Positions 41,038-54,892 of a stretch of DNA of 64,000 nt are shown here, in pieces (positions within the stretch are counted from its first letter, which is position 1; each line of letters starts with the position of its first letter). The stretch is taken from positions 14,632,001 through 14,696,000 of the forward strand of contig OX597837.1 in assembly GCA_951406725.2 (NCBI GenBank), read 5' to 3'. This stretch comes from Octopus vulgaris (taxonomy: Eukaryota). The notes below the pieces were generated by a model that searched no databases, had not been told where the DNA came from, and worked only from the letters and a program-made list of their open reading frames with translations. The position numbers were made by a program, and so were the translations under genes.

Positions 41038-41294
41038 CAGTCGCGGCCAAAAGTTTGGAACATAAGTCTGAAAATTAGAATCTTTATATTAAATGCTCAA
41101 AGTAATATTTAATTCGCAATATATTGTATTAGTACTTGGCCAAATGTCTGGAACATTGGCCTGAAATTTTTTTTTTCTCCTAGGATATTGAAGCATTGGA
41201 TCAGTTATTCGGTAAGTATATATCTACGGTGAATATATTTGGGTAAAACAGTTTTAAATTTTCAGAAAATGTTCCAAACTTTTGGAAACAACAG
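41038..41294. mobile_element. Tc1-type MITE with TIRs of about 38 bp
   Basis: CAGTCGCGGCCAAAAGTTTGGAACATAAGTCTGAAAATT versus the reverse complement of 41257-41294, CTGTTGTTTCCAAAAGTTTGGAACATTTTCTGAAAATT. A third TIR-like copy lies near 41137-41168. Confidence 0.65.
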
Positions 41295-42041
41295 CAAAGT
41301 TTATAAGAAAAATTGTCTTTTCTGCAAATCTCACACGTTTATTCCTGTTTTCTTGAGTGTTGCGGCAGTTTTTGTCTTTTCGGTATGACATGCTGAAGAA
41401 AAAGGCAGCATTCAAGACTCTTAAAAACCGAAGTCGCCACACTTTTATCCTCTTCTTTGCGTGTTCTAAGCTCGTTAAATAAGTTCAAACCATTTACTGA
41501 ACTGCAAACCATACTTGTCTATGACAACCATCTTCCGTTCAATTTTCATAAGCGATGGTTATACTACCCTATTCCATTTGGTCAGCAAAAACTTATATCT
41601 TATAGCAGTAAAATATACAGCCCTCTAACAGGCATAATGATGCACACCAGATTAAATCCAGTAATCTACTTTTGATAATCTCCCTACAAAAATTTGAGAA
41701 GTCATCTCCGCACATTTTCAGATGACATCTCTAGGAAATTCCTCTGTCAACTTACCTTTCATTATGTTACGGGAAACACCTTCTGATCTCACTTCTCTTC
41801 TCTTTATTTGCAACACTGAATAAACTTTTGTGTTGTCTATGTCATCCTCCCCCCATTTAATCCGAAGATTTTCGAATGACTGATTCTTTGCAGATGGCGC
41901 TCTGCCAAGTGGTTTTATGTCCACATTGTTCAAAATCTTTATATAAAGGTGGTATTAAAATGCCTCAAAACTTAAATTTTAAGTTGTTTCTGAATATGTT
42001 TGTATTTGTTTCAGCAATGCGGCTGCGGTCACACTGGAGCA

Positions 42042-42089
<48 letters not shown>

Positions 42090-42090
<1 letters not shown>

Positions 42091-42288
42091 ATTCGCTAGC
42101 TTCTGCACGCATTCTTTTTCTCTCCTTGTTTCTTTCCGTGTTTCTTTTCTGTGTATCTTTCTGTCGAAGAGCGTAGGCTCGAAACGTAAAAGACTTTTTT
42201 ATTTCTATTCCTGAGCGCCATACTAATACATTTGTTTGTTTGTACTCCACCTGCCTTCGTCTTTTGTTTATTTTCATAAAGCTTCCCG

Positions 42289-42290
<2 letters not shown>
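42090..42290 (+). mobile_element. Short Penelope-type repeat with the best-formed hammerhead-like fold (42156-42193)
   Basis: TCTTT-CTGTCGA-A-GAGC GTAG GCTC-GAA ACGT-A-AAAGA: perfect 5-bp stem I and 4-bp stem II; (TA)n on both sides. Confidence 0.7.
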
Positions 42291-42353
<63 letters not shown>

Positions 42354-42406
42354 CATCCATCCATACATACATATATATATATATATGTGTGTATGTGTGT
42401 ATATAG

Positions 42407-42458
<52 letters not shown>

Positions 42459-42639
42459 TGCTCCAGTGTGACCGCAGCCGCATTGCTGAAACAAATACAA
42501 AGAATAAAAGAATAAAAGAACATATATATATATATATATAAAGTGAAAGGGCTACAGTGAACTTGCCGCGAGGAGTAGAATATCCAACGTTTTAAGTCTT
42601 GCCGACGTAGAGCTACTAGATTATATATATATATATACA

Positions 42640-42790
42640 ACGGGCTTCTTACAGTTTCCCTCTACCAAATCACAATACTTTGGTCAACCCGAGGTTATAG
42701 TTGAAAATACTTGCCCTTGATGTGACGCGGTAGGATTGAACCCGGAACCATGTGTTTGGGAACCAAATTTCTCATTACACAGCCACCTCT
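42640..42790 (-). mobile_element. SINE family B 5' half, diverged
   Basis: Reverse complement of the head/CORE-like region. Further degenerate copies near 21300-21450, 43820-43940 and 49560-49680. Confidence 0.75.
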
Positions 42791-44313
42791 GTTCATGATT
42801 GTAGCAAAAATGCTGTTTCATGATTAGTGCTGATATCTGCCATATGAAAATGAATCGTTATTTTCACACTAAACTACGAGATCTGAAGCGATGACTTACA
42901 TATATATTCTTAACACGTTCCAGCTGAATCGAGCACAAAATATGCTAATCGCTGTTGTGTATGTCACAGGAGAATAACTTTACCTTTTACGACGATAATG
43001 TATTCATAACACTTTCTGCTCATTGGTGCAAAGTTTCTATATTAGGTAATGTGTAAATTTATATTTAAAACAGTATGGTGTGATCTGAAGGAAATTTTGG
43101 TTGCTATGTCTAACAGGCCGTCAACCCTTATAGCGTCTTCTTTCGTTGGATCGTAGAATTAAGGTTAGTGTTTCATATGAACATATGACATATGCAACAC
43201 AAAAGAGTTCCACAGTGAATTGTCTGTCGTCTTTTAATGTAGCAGCCATAAGGTCCGGTTGTTTGTTCATGGACAAGGAAAGCAGTTTAGAGTTGAAGAC
43301 GTTAAACAATAGAAACGTCACCAATTAGACGCCATATTAAATAAATAATTCATGGCAAACACTAAGTATTACAACAACAACAAAATGTACTTTATTAATA
43401 ACAGCGATCTAAATGCATCGTAAGTAACATTATCAATTGTTTAAATGTTAATATTCAGACTCTTGCGAGGAACGGTTTACGTTATTGTTATTTCCGTATA
43501 TTTTTGCCCGTCTGATACCTACCGACGTCATATCAATTACAAATTTTCTTTTGATCTTTTCTTCCCACTTCTTTTTTTTTTATTGAATTGGACAAAAGAG
43601 AGAGGAGGGCATCCAGGTTCTCTGACTTTGGAGGGTGGAAGGGAGAGAGGGAGAAAGTTATCCCCAAACTGGGGATACAGCTTGAATACTCGAATGAGAG
43701 CTCTTTACTTAAAGCATTCAAGGATCGTATGGTGATGTTCAAACAGACGACAGACGAAGCCTATCATCCAGTAACAGAAATGATCCCAAAGATGGCGTTT
43801 TATTCAATTTTCGCCAACCAAATTTAATAAAAAAGCTTTGGTCATTTCGAAGCTCTGGCAGAAGACTCTTGATTAAAGCTATGAGATTGAAACCTGGTAG
43901 TTGCAGATCCAACTTTTTAGCTACGCAACTACGCCCGCACATGTTGAAGGGAAATGCCTTAAGTAGCGTTTATTATTGAAATATAATTTACATGTAATTA
44001 GAATATATAAAAGTTACAGTCGGAAATTTCTCAATGAAACACTAAGTTTCGTTTCTACTACAATTCGTATTTGATATTGCGATGTCGCTCAGCTTAGATG
44101 TTGCTTAAACAGATTAATGAGGCTAGACGTTAGCAACGAAATATCCCCTTGAGATAAGCCGAGACTAATGCGAATAAATCCCAGGAAAATGGTGTGTTTT
44201 AGTGCTTGTTAAAGAACACTCGTAATTCTCCTTTGGTTTATAGTCTATACACACATACACACACAGACTCAGATACATACACACTCATGTTATATATAGA
44301 CACACACGCACAA

Positions 44314-44449
<136 letters not shown>

Positions 44450-44451
44450 GG

Positions 44452-44567
44452 TCAAATTTACAGAAAACAAGATGACGGCATGTGAGGGGACAACAGGCAG
44501 GTGTAATAGTTTAACGCTCGAGAAGAATGAAAAGTCTTTGACGTTTCGAGCAAATGCTCTCCGACGG
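44452..44567 (-). mobile_element. Penelope-type repeat, 5'-truncated at the hammerhead core
   Basis: CCGTCGG-A-GAGC ATTT GCTC-GAA ACGT-C-AAAGAC, joined directly to mariner coding sequence. Confidence 0.6.
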
Positions 44568-45187
44568 TCACATGTCTATCCAAAAAGGGTGAAATGAGTT
44601 CGCGAGGATGGAGAGAAGAGCAGATGTCAACTCGGGATTTGCGGTTGCTTTCGGACAATTCATGAGGCACCCATTTTCCAAGTTTAGGAATCTTTCCAAG
44701 TTGTTGAAGAAGATAAACAGTTGCATGGTTTGAACTAAGCTTTATTGCCAATTCTTCAACTGATAATTCAGGATTTTCTTTAAGTAATGCCTCAAGGAGC
44801 TTATCATCAAACTCAACTGGACGTCCTGTTCGATCTTCATCTTCAAGGCTGAAATCTCCACTTCTGAATTTTGCAAACCATCTTCTGCAAGTTCTTTCAT
44901 TCAAGCATTCTTTCCCATAAATTGAGTGTGTTTCGAGTCGCTTCGGCTGCAGAGTTTCCTTTTTGTACTCATAAAGCATTATGCTCTTTGGATACTTCCG
45001 TATTAGAAATGGTTTTCATCAAGGAAATTTTAATTCTATTATTCTGTAAAATAATATTTAATTAGTTTAAATGTACACAAATGCATAAAAATAATTTTTA
45101 ATTCCATTAGACATTCTAAAATACTATTAAATTTCATTCGATTTTAAAAAAGGTAAAATCGGACAGAACTTATAGGATGACCTGATA
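44568..45187 (-). mobile_element. Mariner transposon 5' half (TIR and N-terminal transposase)
   Basis: TA-TCAGGTCATCCTATAAG TIR-like end at 45187; YGKECLNERTCRRWFAKFRSGDFSLEDEDRTGRP..KLGKWVPHELSE..PFLDRHVT; broken just before the first catalytic Asp. Confidence 0.92.
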
Positions 45188-45683
45188 GTTTGAAGTCTGA
45201 GAAATAGAAAAGTAGCGTTTTAACGTTTCGTACGTTAGTCTTGCGTCAGAATAAAAATAGAAACATTCAGGAAAAAGGAGAAAGGAAACTGAGTATGTAG
45301 TGAAAACATTTTAACATTTAAGGAGGGGAAAACAGAAAGAAATAAACAAAAAGTAGAGAAAATGAAGGGAAAAATCAAAGTGAATGCCGTTTTAAGAGAA
45401 GAATTCAGGAAAGGAAGGGGTTGTGTGCATAAATACATATCGTATTGGTATTTGTGTATCTGGAAGTGTATATTTGGTGGAATGTGTGGATGCCTATAAA
45501 TATGAGTAGGTGTATAAATTTGGTGGTGTCAGTTAATTGGATGTAGGAAGATGTGGGAGCGTATAAAATTGTTATATTCTTAGATGGGTTGTGTGAACAC
45601 GAGTATGGTAGGTTATGTGAGCGTCTATGAGTATGTCAGTGACACACACACACACACATATATATACACACATATATATATAT

Positions 45684-45834
<151 letters not shown>

Positions 45835-46333
45835 TATTTCATTTGCTGAAATTGACTCCTACAAAATTGTTATCTCGTTTCACCGATGGCCTGAAGACAA
45901 TGGAAAATAAACGTTTTAGGAATATGTGGAAATGGGGGAAGAACGAAAGAAGAACCAAAAAATATACACAGAAACAAAAAAAATAGTAGACAAAGCATAA
46001 AACAATGACAAAAACAGCCTTAAAATACTGGTGGGAGGTAAATAGATACAGAGACATACAATTTGTTTGGGAAGAGAATGCGAGTATTAATGGTTGTTAG
46101 TTATTTATCTGATATGATTAACTGAGGGAGAAGTAGCAGTTGGTATTACCGTTAAATCGAAGGAAGCGAAAGTGAAAGTAGAGGAACGTACGCAAGCGCA
46201 AAATACAACAAAGAAAATCGCCATTAAAACAGAGACATTGATGGTAGAGAAGCGAGAGGTGAAAGTCAGATATACAACAATCGCTTTCTTGTTCTGAGGG
46301 GAGGTTGAGTTTTCTGGTTAAATGCATATCTAC

Positions 46334-46411
<78 letters not shown>

Positions 46412-46899
46412 TTCTGTATAAACACACATATATATACACGCATTTATGGATGTATGTTTATATATGTATATATATAAAGGTACACATATATATACACCTA
46501 TATATATATATATATATATGTATATGGGTATATGTAATCATAGATAACTCTACTTTTATATACTTGTGTGTATATATACATGCAAAAGCAGACATACAAG
46601 TATACCTAGACACACAAACACATATATACATATGTATATTCATTTATGTATACATATATACATATTTACTCACACACATATATATATAAACAATTACATA
46701 TACACGCTCACACACACACACGCAGGCACACACACACATGCACGCACACACACACATATATGTACATGTATACGCATGAAACGGAGGTACAGAGGGATGA
46801 CAAAGAAAATCTCTAGAAAAATGAAAGCACGACAGTCGCAAATGTGTCAAGCCCCTCGTTAGCCGGTGACCTGACATCATTGAAATTTCGATAATTTCC

Positions 46900-48445
46900 G
46901 TCAATACATTTACGACTACGCGTACATTAACATACATAGCAACAACAAAAGCATATACAAACTCCTCTAGAATCGCATACATTAACAATCCCATCCCTAC
47001 AAATCTCATAAAGGTTGGACGTAAGATAGATTACTTAAATGATCGAAAATATTATTAATGGTTTCGATAGGTTTAACATGTTTCGATAAATCGGAAAAGT
47101 AGCAACTTGTAGGCTGATACGTCATGATAATGAAGCGTTGAGAATGGTTTGGATAAGTGGTTGATTGACAGTATTTGTAAGTCGTAAGATGTTTATGCAT
47201 TCAAAAGATCATCTTAACTTTCACTAGTACATGAATTGCTAGGTTTATTATTTTCTATGTATGATGTAACCTTAGATAAATTAGTCCATTTCAGGTAATA
47301 TAGTCTTGATGTTTTCGGGGAACACGAAATTATACAGGTGGAGCTTGTGATGTTTGGAAGCAGCTAGGTTTTCTAAACGCGTACGTGTGAGAATTAAATC
47401 TATACTTAAACTAGTTTGAAGCTATGCCTATATAAATTCTAAAGGTATTGCTAATATTAGCAGCGTAGTGATAAACGAAATCCTTAGCCAAACTATTGTA
47501 ATTCAAAAGGTCAGACTTTGATATTTGTGTTGGACAGAGGCTGGTTTGCTGTTGATTATTGAATGTGTTAAGCATATTGAGTTTAGAAACTTTACGTAAG
47601 TTCGGATCAGCAATGTACGATATCTTAATAGTGTACTTAATAAATATCTAGTGGTGTAAGGCGTAATGCAAAATTATTATTAATGAGTTTAAAGAAAATG
47701 TAACCTGTTGAGCTAACTATTGTGATAATGAAGAGGAGTGTGATCCAGTAAGCGTTCCTTTATCCCTAATGTTTCTTTTAGAAGGGCAATAGTTTGTATG
47801 AAATATTTTCTCCTTTGAAACCATTCCTGATTAAAACATTGTAGTGTTGTGATGCATTAAGAGAAATGTGTCCATTTGCGGAATGTTGAAATATTTTAAG
47901 TCATTGTATCTCATAGAATGCATGTCTCACAGGTGAGGGAGTGAGGATTGAAAAAGGTGTGAGCAATTTTCTATGTTTATATAATTTCTATGTTTATATA
48001 ATTATGTTATTAAACATTTAATACTTGTTCAATACCATAGCAAAGAAGAAACCCCATGGATGCAAAACTCTATAGTGTCTTTTCCCCCAATATTTTTGTG
48101 GTGGACCTGATACTCAGAGGGATATATTTTGTATTAGATAGTTAATCATATTTCTCGGGTGGTTGGAGTGCTTCTGGATGTAATTAAAGGATTCTTTCGG
48201 TTTATGATATGGTTAATAACACGAATTTGAGAGATAAGGTTCCACAAAGAAATTTAGCATTTAAGAGGTGCGTTCCAACGATGATTTGAAATGCTAGATT
48301 CTTGATGAAATTTTGAAGCTTTTTCCTGAATCCTTTCAATAACACTTGTGATGCACTTATTCAAAATCAAGAGTCCGTTGCCTCGGTAGATGCCGAAAGT
48401 GTACAACGATTCAAAAAATAGTCGGTGCAAAGACATTATATCTAT
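46900..48445 (-). mobile_element. Heavily decayed Penelope-like element (RT C-terminal half, thumb, GIY-YIG region)
   Basis: FGIYRGNGLLI (YRDDG motif)..KFLCGTLSL..PYHKPKESFNYIQKHSNHP..FFKLINNNF..KYTIKISY..PNL; many stops. Confidence 0.8.
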
Positions 48446-48486
<41 letters not shown>

Positions 48487-48536
48487 GCATGTTTGTACAT
48501 ATATATTTTTACACACACACACACACACACACACAG

Positions 48537-48606
<70 letters not shown>

Positions 48607-48802
48607 TAAATAAAATGAAAGAACAAAGCCAAGGCTGTGTGGAGTTTTCAGGACATTTATAAATGTTGTTTCATTTTATTCAACATATTCATGCTCATAG
48701 ACTCCTCACTCGTCTATGAACCGACATTTTAACTACGGTCCTTCCATGGCACTTATATAGCGTTGCCTGCCACCTTGGGTCTTCTGGATACCAATACCTC
48801 TC

Positions 48803-48865
<63 letters not shown>

Positions 48866-49747
48866 TACATATATATGCATACATATATAAACATTGTGTG
48901 CATATATGCACATATGCGTGTATACAAACATATAACATATACGCACACACAGACATACAGACAGACAGATAGATTTGTGCGCGTGATTATTGGGTTTACT
49001 GAGACTTTAAGTTTTGACTCTTAACTCTTTTCATCTGCAAATATTTATTGCTTATAATACTACAATTTAATAACCCTGACATCGGAATATGTATGTGTAT
49101 GCGTGTAGAGAAGTGGGCAGCCTCTATCGAGACGAAGGACCCCTGACTCTGAACAAATACATCTCGCATGCTATTAACCAGTTCAGGAAAAAATCTCTAC
49201 TAATTCCTCCAGACTCTTAAGCTTCCGAATCATAACTGAAACATTTTCCTTTCTTTCATGCATGTTTATATATTTCAACATTTCTAATCCGACGCACAAT
49301 GTCTAGCTTAATTATGGCTCTGGTGATTACTCTGTCACTGGAATTTCCAAACGTCTTAAAATAACGCTAACCACAAGTCTATGTAATTGAGACTAAATAC
49401 AAAGATTAGATACTTATAGTACTTTTTAACCAACACTTATTTTGTGACTTGTCAGCATTAAATGCTTTTTTTTTTCTTTGCTTTAATAGGTTTCTGGTAT
49501 TTTCATATACTTTAATTAATTCTGTATTCTAGCCTAATGGACGCAGCTATAGCCTTATAGTTATCAGGTTCCTTGTAAACTCTCGTGGTTCTGGGTTCGA
49601 TCCCACTATATGCGGTACCTTGGACAAGGGCCTTCTACGATAAGCTTGGTGAGTGAAACTTAACAGTCGGAAAATCAAAATGTATGTATGGTTCTATGCA
49701 TATGTATGCATATGTATGCATATATAAATATATATATGTATGCGTAC

Positions 49748-49798
<51 letters not shown>

Positions 49799-49865
49799 CT
49801 TCACTGATTTCCATCGGGTTGCAAGTATTCGAACTAAATTTCTGCTCCGATGTTAATTACTCTCT

Positions 49866-49922
<57 letters not shown>

Positions 49923-50950
49923 TTCCCCCATTCTTCCATCAGTGTCAGAGGTTCTATAGAAATCCATAGTGCACTTATCTCTTTCTTTCGGCTATTACCA
50001 AAATATTTCTTGTGTTCCATTGAATTATTTCAAATATGTTGACAACACCAATAAGGATTTCACCAATTCCGTGTTATATTCTTACAAACAATCCATTTAT
50101 GAATTTCTTTCCTTAAATAATAAAAAAAAAGAAACTGCTCGTTATTATTTTTTATTTCGTCCATGTCCTGTCCAAATATTTGATACGATGCTATCAATTT
50201 CCTCCATAATGATCGCTCTCTTGACTTAAAAATCTGGCTTCACGTCCTAGCTGTTCGCATTGTCAAATTTCTGTTATTTGTCTGAAATAAATGACAGTTT
50301 GATGTCAACTTTGAAACACAGAGAAGACTTGTAAGTTATGCAGTATTTATGGTTTACAATGTTCGTTCATCGATAAGTAAGAAACAATGGTCTGTAGTTT
50401 CCTGTCAGCCGACCCAAATTAGCTGCATTTAATAACCAATTTAAGGTTAAACGGCATAGTGCAATATAAAGACTTTCAACAAGATATTTCAACAATTCCA
50501 GCAGATGTTTTCCTGCTGTTAAAGTAGATAATACTGGTTTGTTAACCATTTTTGTCGCTTGAACGATCGCATTTAGAAAGAGAATCTGATTAGCAAAGGG
50601 ACGATCGTCTGCTTAGAACGAATAAATTAACTTTACCAAAAGTTTTGAGTACGTTTTCTTCTATTTTATGAATGTGTGTTTATGCGGGTTCATGGGCATT
50701 GTAGAATATGACTGAAAACAACAGTGGCCGGAACATGAATTCTTCGGACTTCATAAAGAGGATTCAACACTTATCTTAGACTTCTCCTCGGTCTAACATT
50801 CTTTATGTCAACGATGAATTCTCAACTTGAAAGATTCATGGAATATTTTTTTGCAGAAGTTCGCCGCGGAAGATCTCTTATATTGTCCTCCAGTTCAACA
50901 GCATTCAAAAATCTTGAAAACCAAATATTGACTTCAGTCAAAAGTTTTGC

Positions 50951-51623
50951 AACATTTTGGTCACTTATTTGTTTTATTCGTCAAGTTACAACAGAAACAG
51001 CTTAGCATTCAAAATAGAGACCATTGTGTTGCACCGTCTGAAGGCACTTCTATGCCGGTTCTTTGGTTCCACGCTGATACCAGTTCTTGTCCTTCGATGC
51101 AAACAACTCCGTCACTGAAGGTTCCATTTCCTCTTGGTTGGTGAAGCGTCACAAACGCGGGAAGTGGGCCATGGATCAGAACAAGGAATAATCTGAGAGG
51201 GAGTTAGGTCCGGATTATCAGTTCAATTAGTGTGGCATCAGTTCAATTCCCTCGAGTTCCTTGGACTTATCCCATGTCGTTCGAGCAATACGAGATCTTG
51301 CGTTGCGTTACTGCAGAAGAACTCGCTTTTTGTTAACCAATGCCACACAATGGCATCCCTTATTATGCGTTCTGATCCATGTCCCCTTTCCTGCGCTCGC
51401 GATAATTCATCAAAAGAAGGCGAAAAATTCAGTGAATGGGGCTCTTCGCCTCGAAGGAAAAGAGCTGGTACCAGCGAGGAATCAAAGAACTTGGGTGGCT
51501 TCAGATGGTGGAACCAAAGAACTTGGGTGGCTTCAGATGTTGCAACACGATGGCCTTTACTTTGAATGCGGGGCTTCTTTTGTTGTAATTTGACGAATAA
51601 AACAAATAAGTTACCAAAATATT
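50951..51623. mobile_element. Foldback/MITE-like element with imperfect inverted arms of about 240-260 bp
   Basis: 50951-51190 versus the reverse complement of 51360-51623 (shared ACTTATTTGTTTTATTCGTCAA, GCATTCAAA, GTTCTTTGGTTCC, CATGGATCAGAAC). Confidence 0.8.
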
Positions 51624-51830
51624 CCAAAAGTCTTCATTCCACACACTAAAAGTACGTCTACTCTGCAAGACCAGCTGCCATTACAGCGAGCCATCAACAG
51701 ACAGAGGACAAACTAGAACCACATTCAACGACATAATGGTTTGAGGTCTCAGTTCCACTGAGCTGTCTGAGTTCTTGTTATCTCCACCGAGTTATACGGA
51801 TCCTACTCGTCTGGCCTCTTTTCATAACCA

Positions 51831-51925
<95 letters not shown>

Positions 51926-51986
51926 ATATGTACACACAAATAGTCGTTATTTATCGACGTGAGATGCATGTATGCATGTATGGATG

Positions 51987-52076
<90 letters not shown>

Positions 52077-53056
52077 GAGGCAGACAGACAGACAGAGAAA
52101 GAGAAAGAGTCAGACAGAGACAAAGAGAAAGGGAGAGAAAGAGAAAGAGGGAGAGAAACAGGAAAATACAGTATCATTGTGAATCTAACGGATGCTTGTT
52201 TGATTTATGTGTTAGTCTGTGCATACTTAATTATTGAAATGCATTTTTCTTATATGTCCATATGCGTGCGTGCTTGCGTGTGTATATGCGCATGTGTGTG
52301 TGCCTGTGCGTGTGTGTATGCGTGTATATGCGTGTGCGTGTGTGTGTGTGTATGTGTGTGATACGAAAATATAGAGTTCACCTCCTGCGTCCGTTTTCGC
52401 TTTATCTTTCTACGACTCTGAATGTATGCACGGATGAATGTCTGTGAATTCACACAAATACCAAACGACCGCATATAAAATATAAAATATATACGAGTGT
52501 TTTATAAACGAAGAGGTTAGAAAAAAAATTAGCAGAAACCAATGAGAATGGCTGCCGTCTGTGGCAGCCCAAAAAATAATTTAATCATTCATTGATCAAG
52601 GACAAAGTTTCTTCAGTTCGTAAGACATGTTCGATTCCTGTTTATATTCAAATACAGAGAAAAGTCTTTCTTTATCTTCTGTCGCAACCCCCATTGATTG
52701 AGCCTGAAGACAAACAAAATGCTTTAGTCCAATCTCGATGGAAAACAAAATGGTGGTTCTAATTGTTGGCAAATCTTCTTTTGACTCTATAAAAAGTTAA
52801 GAAATTTTGGACTTATGAAACTTTACATCGGAGCAACGGTGGAATGGTGCAAGAATAGTTTTGATTCCACATATTATTATAAATACCGTTGCCATGTGTG
52901 TATGTGTGAATTTTTGTATTCTGAGCGTATGTACGTATATTGGATTAAATAATTCTGTATATACGCGTATGTGTGTGAGTGTGTGCGTGTGTGTATGTGA
53001 GAGAGAGGTAGACAGAGAGTGGGGGGAATGGAGGTGTCTGTATGTGTATGTAGATA

Positions 53057-53101
<45 letters not shown>

Positions 53102-53102
53102 C

Positions 53103-53133
<31 letters not shown>

Positions 53134-53134
53134 C

Positions 53135-53166
<32 letters not shown>

Positions 53167-53411
53167 GGACAGACAGACGACAGACGGACTGACGGACGGA
53201 CGGACGGACGGACGGACGGATGGACGGACAGACAGACTGATAGATAGCTAGATAGATAGATATATATATATACATATTAGTGTTCATTTATAAGTTGTAA
53301 TTAAAATTCCTTATTAAACTGAACAATTACTTTGTAAAGTCCGTTAATTAAACTTTTTCAAGGATAGCAGTGACTTCGAAGTTTCATAAATGTGTATATG
53401 AGTGTGTTTGT

Positions 53412-53446
<35 letters not shown>

Positions 53447-54199
53447 TCTGTATGTATGTGTGTGTGCGTGTGTATGTATGTATATCTTCACATGTGTGTA
53501 TACATATGTGAGGATATGTGTGCAGATATATATATGTACGTACATTTGTATGTGTCTGCATATATTTTATATCTATATAATGTATATGGGCTTCTATGTG
53601 CGTATATATATATATATATATATAACAATATTTAAGTAGTATGCGTACATGAATGTGTGTGAGGGTGTTCGTGCGTCTGTGTGTGTACATATAATATGTA
53701 TACAATAGAATTTATACCATATATATATGTGTGTATATGTCAGTTTTTCATATATATAATATACATACATAGATGTCAATTTTAAAGAATATTATATATG
53801 TATGTATGTTTGTATGTATGTATGTTTGTATGTATGTATGTTTGTATGTATGTATGTATGTCATTATTCAGTTTTATTTCAAGATTTCTTGCCAATAGAG
53901 AAAGAGCTGGTTTCTAACCTAGATCCAAGCCTCCTTCATTGGAATTTCAACATCAGCAACGTATTTTTGCTTGTATGTATGTATACATGTATATTTGTAT
54001 GTATGCATGTATGTATGCATCTATATTCTGTGTGCATGTATGTTTGTATGTAAGTATGTATATGTGCATAAGTGTGCATACACAAATGCATGGAACATGT
54101 ATGCATGAATGCGAACCTGTGCAATATGTATAACTATAAGTGCATATAAAGGCGTTCACTTACCACAGTGCATATGTATTTGAGGGGCCGTGGATATAG

Positions 54200-54392
54200 G
54201 TATATCAGTACTTGTAAGGGGCATTTATGAAATAGCATTGATTCCTTTTAGGTATATGTATAACAGGGGATGAGAAGTGATACGTTTGGGAATACACCCC
54301 AATTTTTCAGGGTAAGATCCGTGCAAATTACCTCTTACAAATATATATATAGGTTTAACATATACAACTTTCGTTTTCAGTAGAGGTCCGTT
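54200..54392 (-). mobile_element. Possible Penelope GIY-YIG remnant
   Basis: NGPLLKTKVVY...GCIPKRITSH weakly resembles NGxCLxxNVVY...KxRxxxH. Confidence 0.35.
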
Positions 54393-54859
54393 TATAAGTA
54401 TATATACATATGTGCATGTGTATTTGCGTATATGCATGCCAATATATATGTACATGTATATATATAAATGTATATATATGAATATATATACATGTGCTTG
54501 GACGTATGTGTGAATGCATTTATGTATGTATATACACACACACTTATGTGCGTATGTGCGTATGTGCGTGTGATGTGTGTGTGTGTGTGTGGTGTGTGTG
54601 TTTGTGTGTGTGTGTATGTGTGTGTGTGTGCGTGTATGGTATGTGCACATATATACGCATGTGTTTTGAAAATACAGAAGTGAATTTTCATTTCAAATTA
54701 ATTGTATGAGTTCAAATTCAGGTCGACCTCGCCTTTCATCCTCTCGGGGTCGTTAAATTGTGTATGTGTGTGTGTGCCTGCGTGTGTGTTTGTATGTGTG
54801 TGTGTGTGCGCGCATGCGTTTGTGTTTGTGTGTGTGCATGCGTGTGTTTGTGTGTGTGT

Positions 54860-54892
<33 letters not shown>

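Noticed and set aside
44458-44979. SETMAR-like host gene
   Set aside because: Only a truncated mariner transposase with an adjacent TIR; no SET domain and no catalytic domain.
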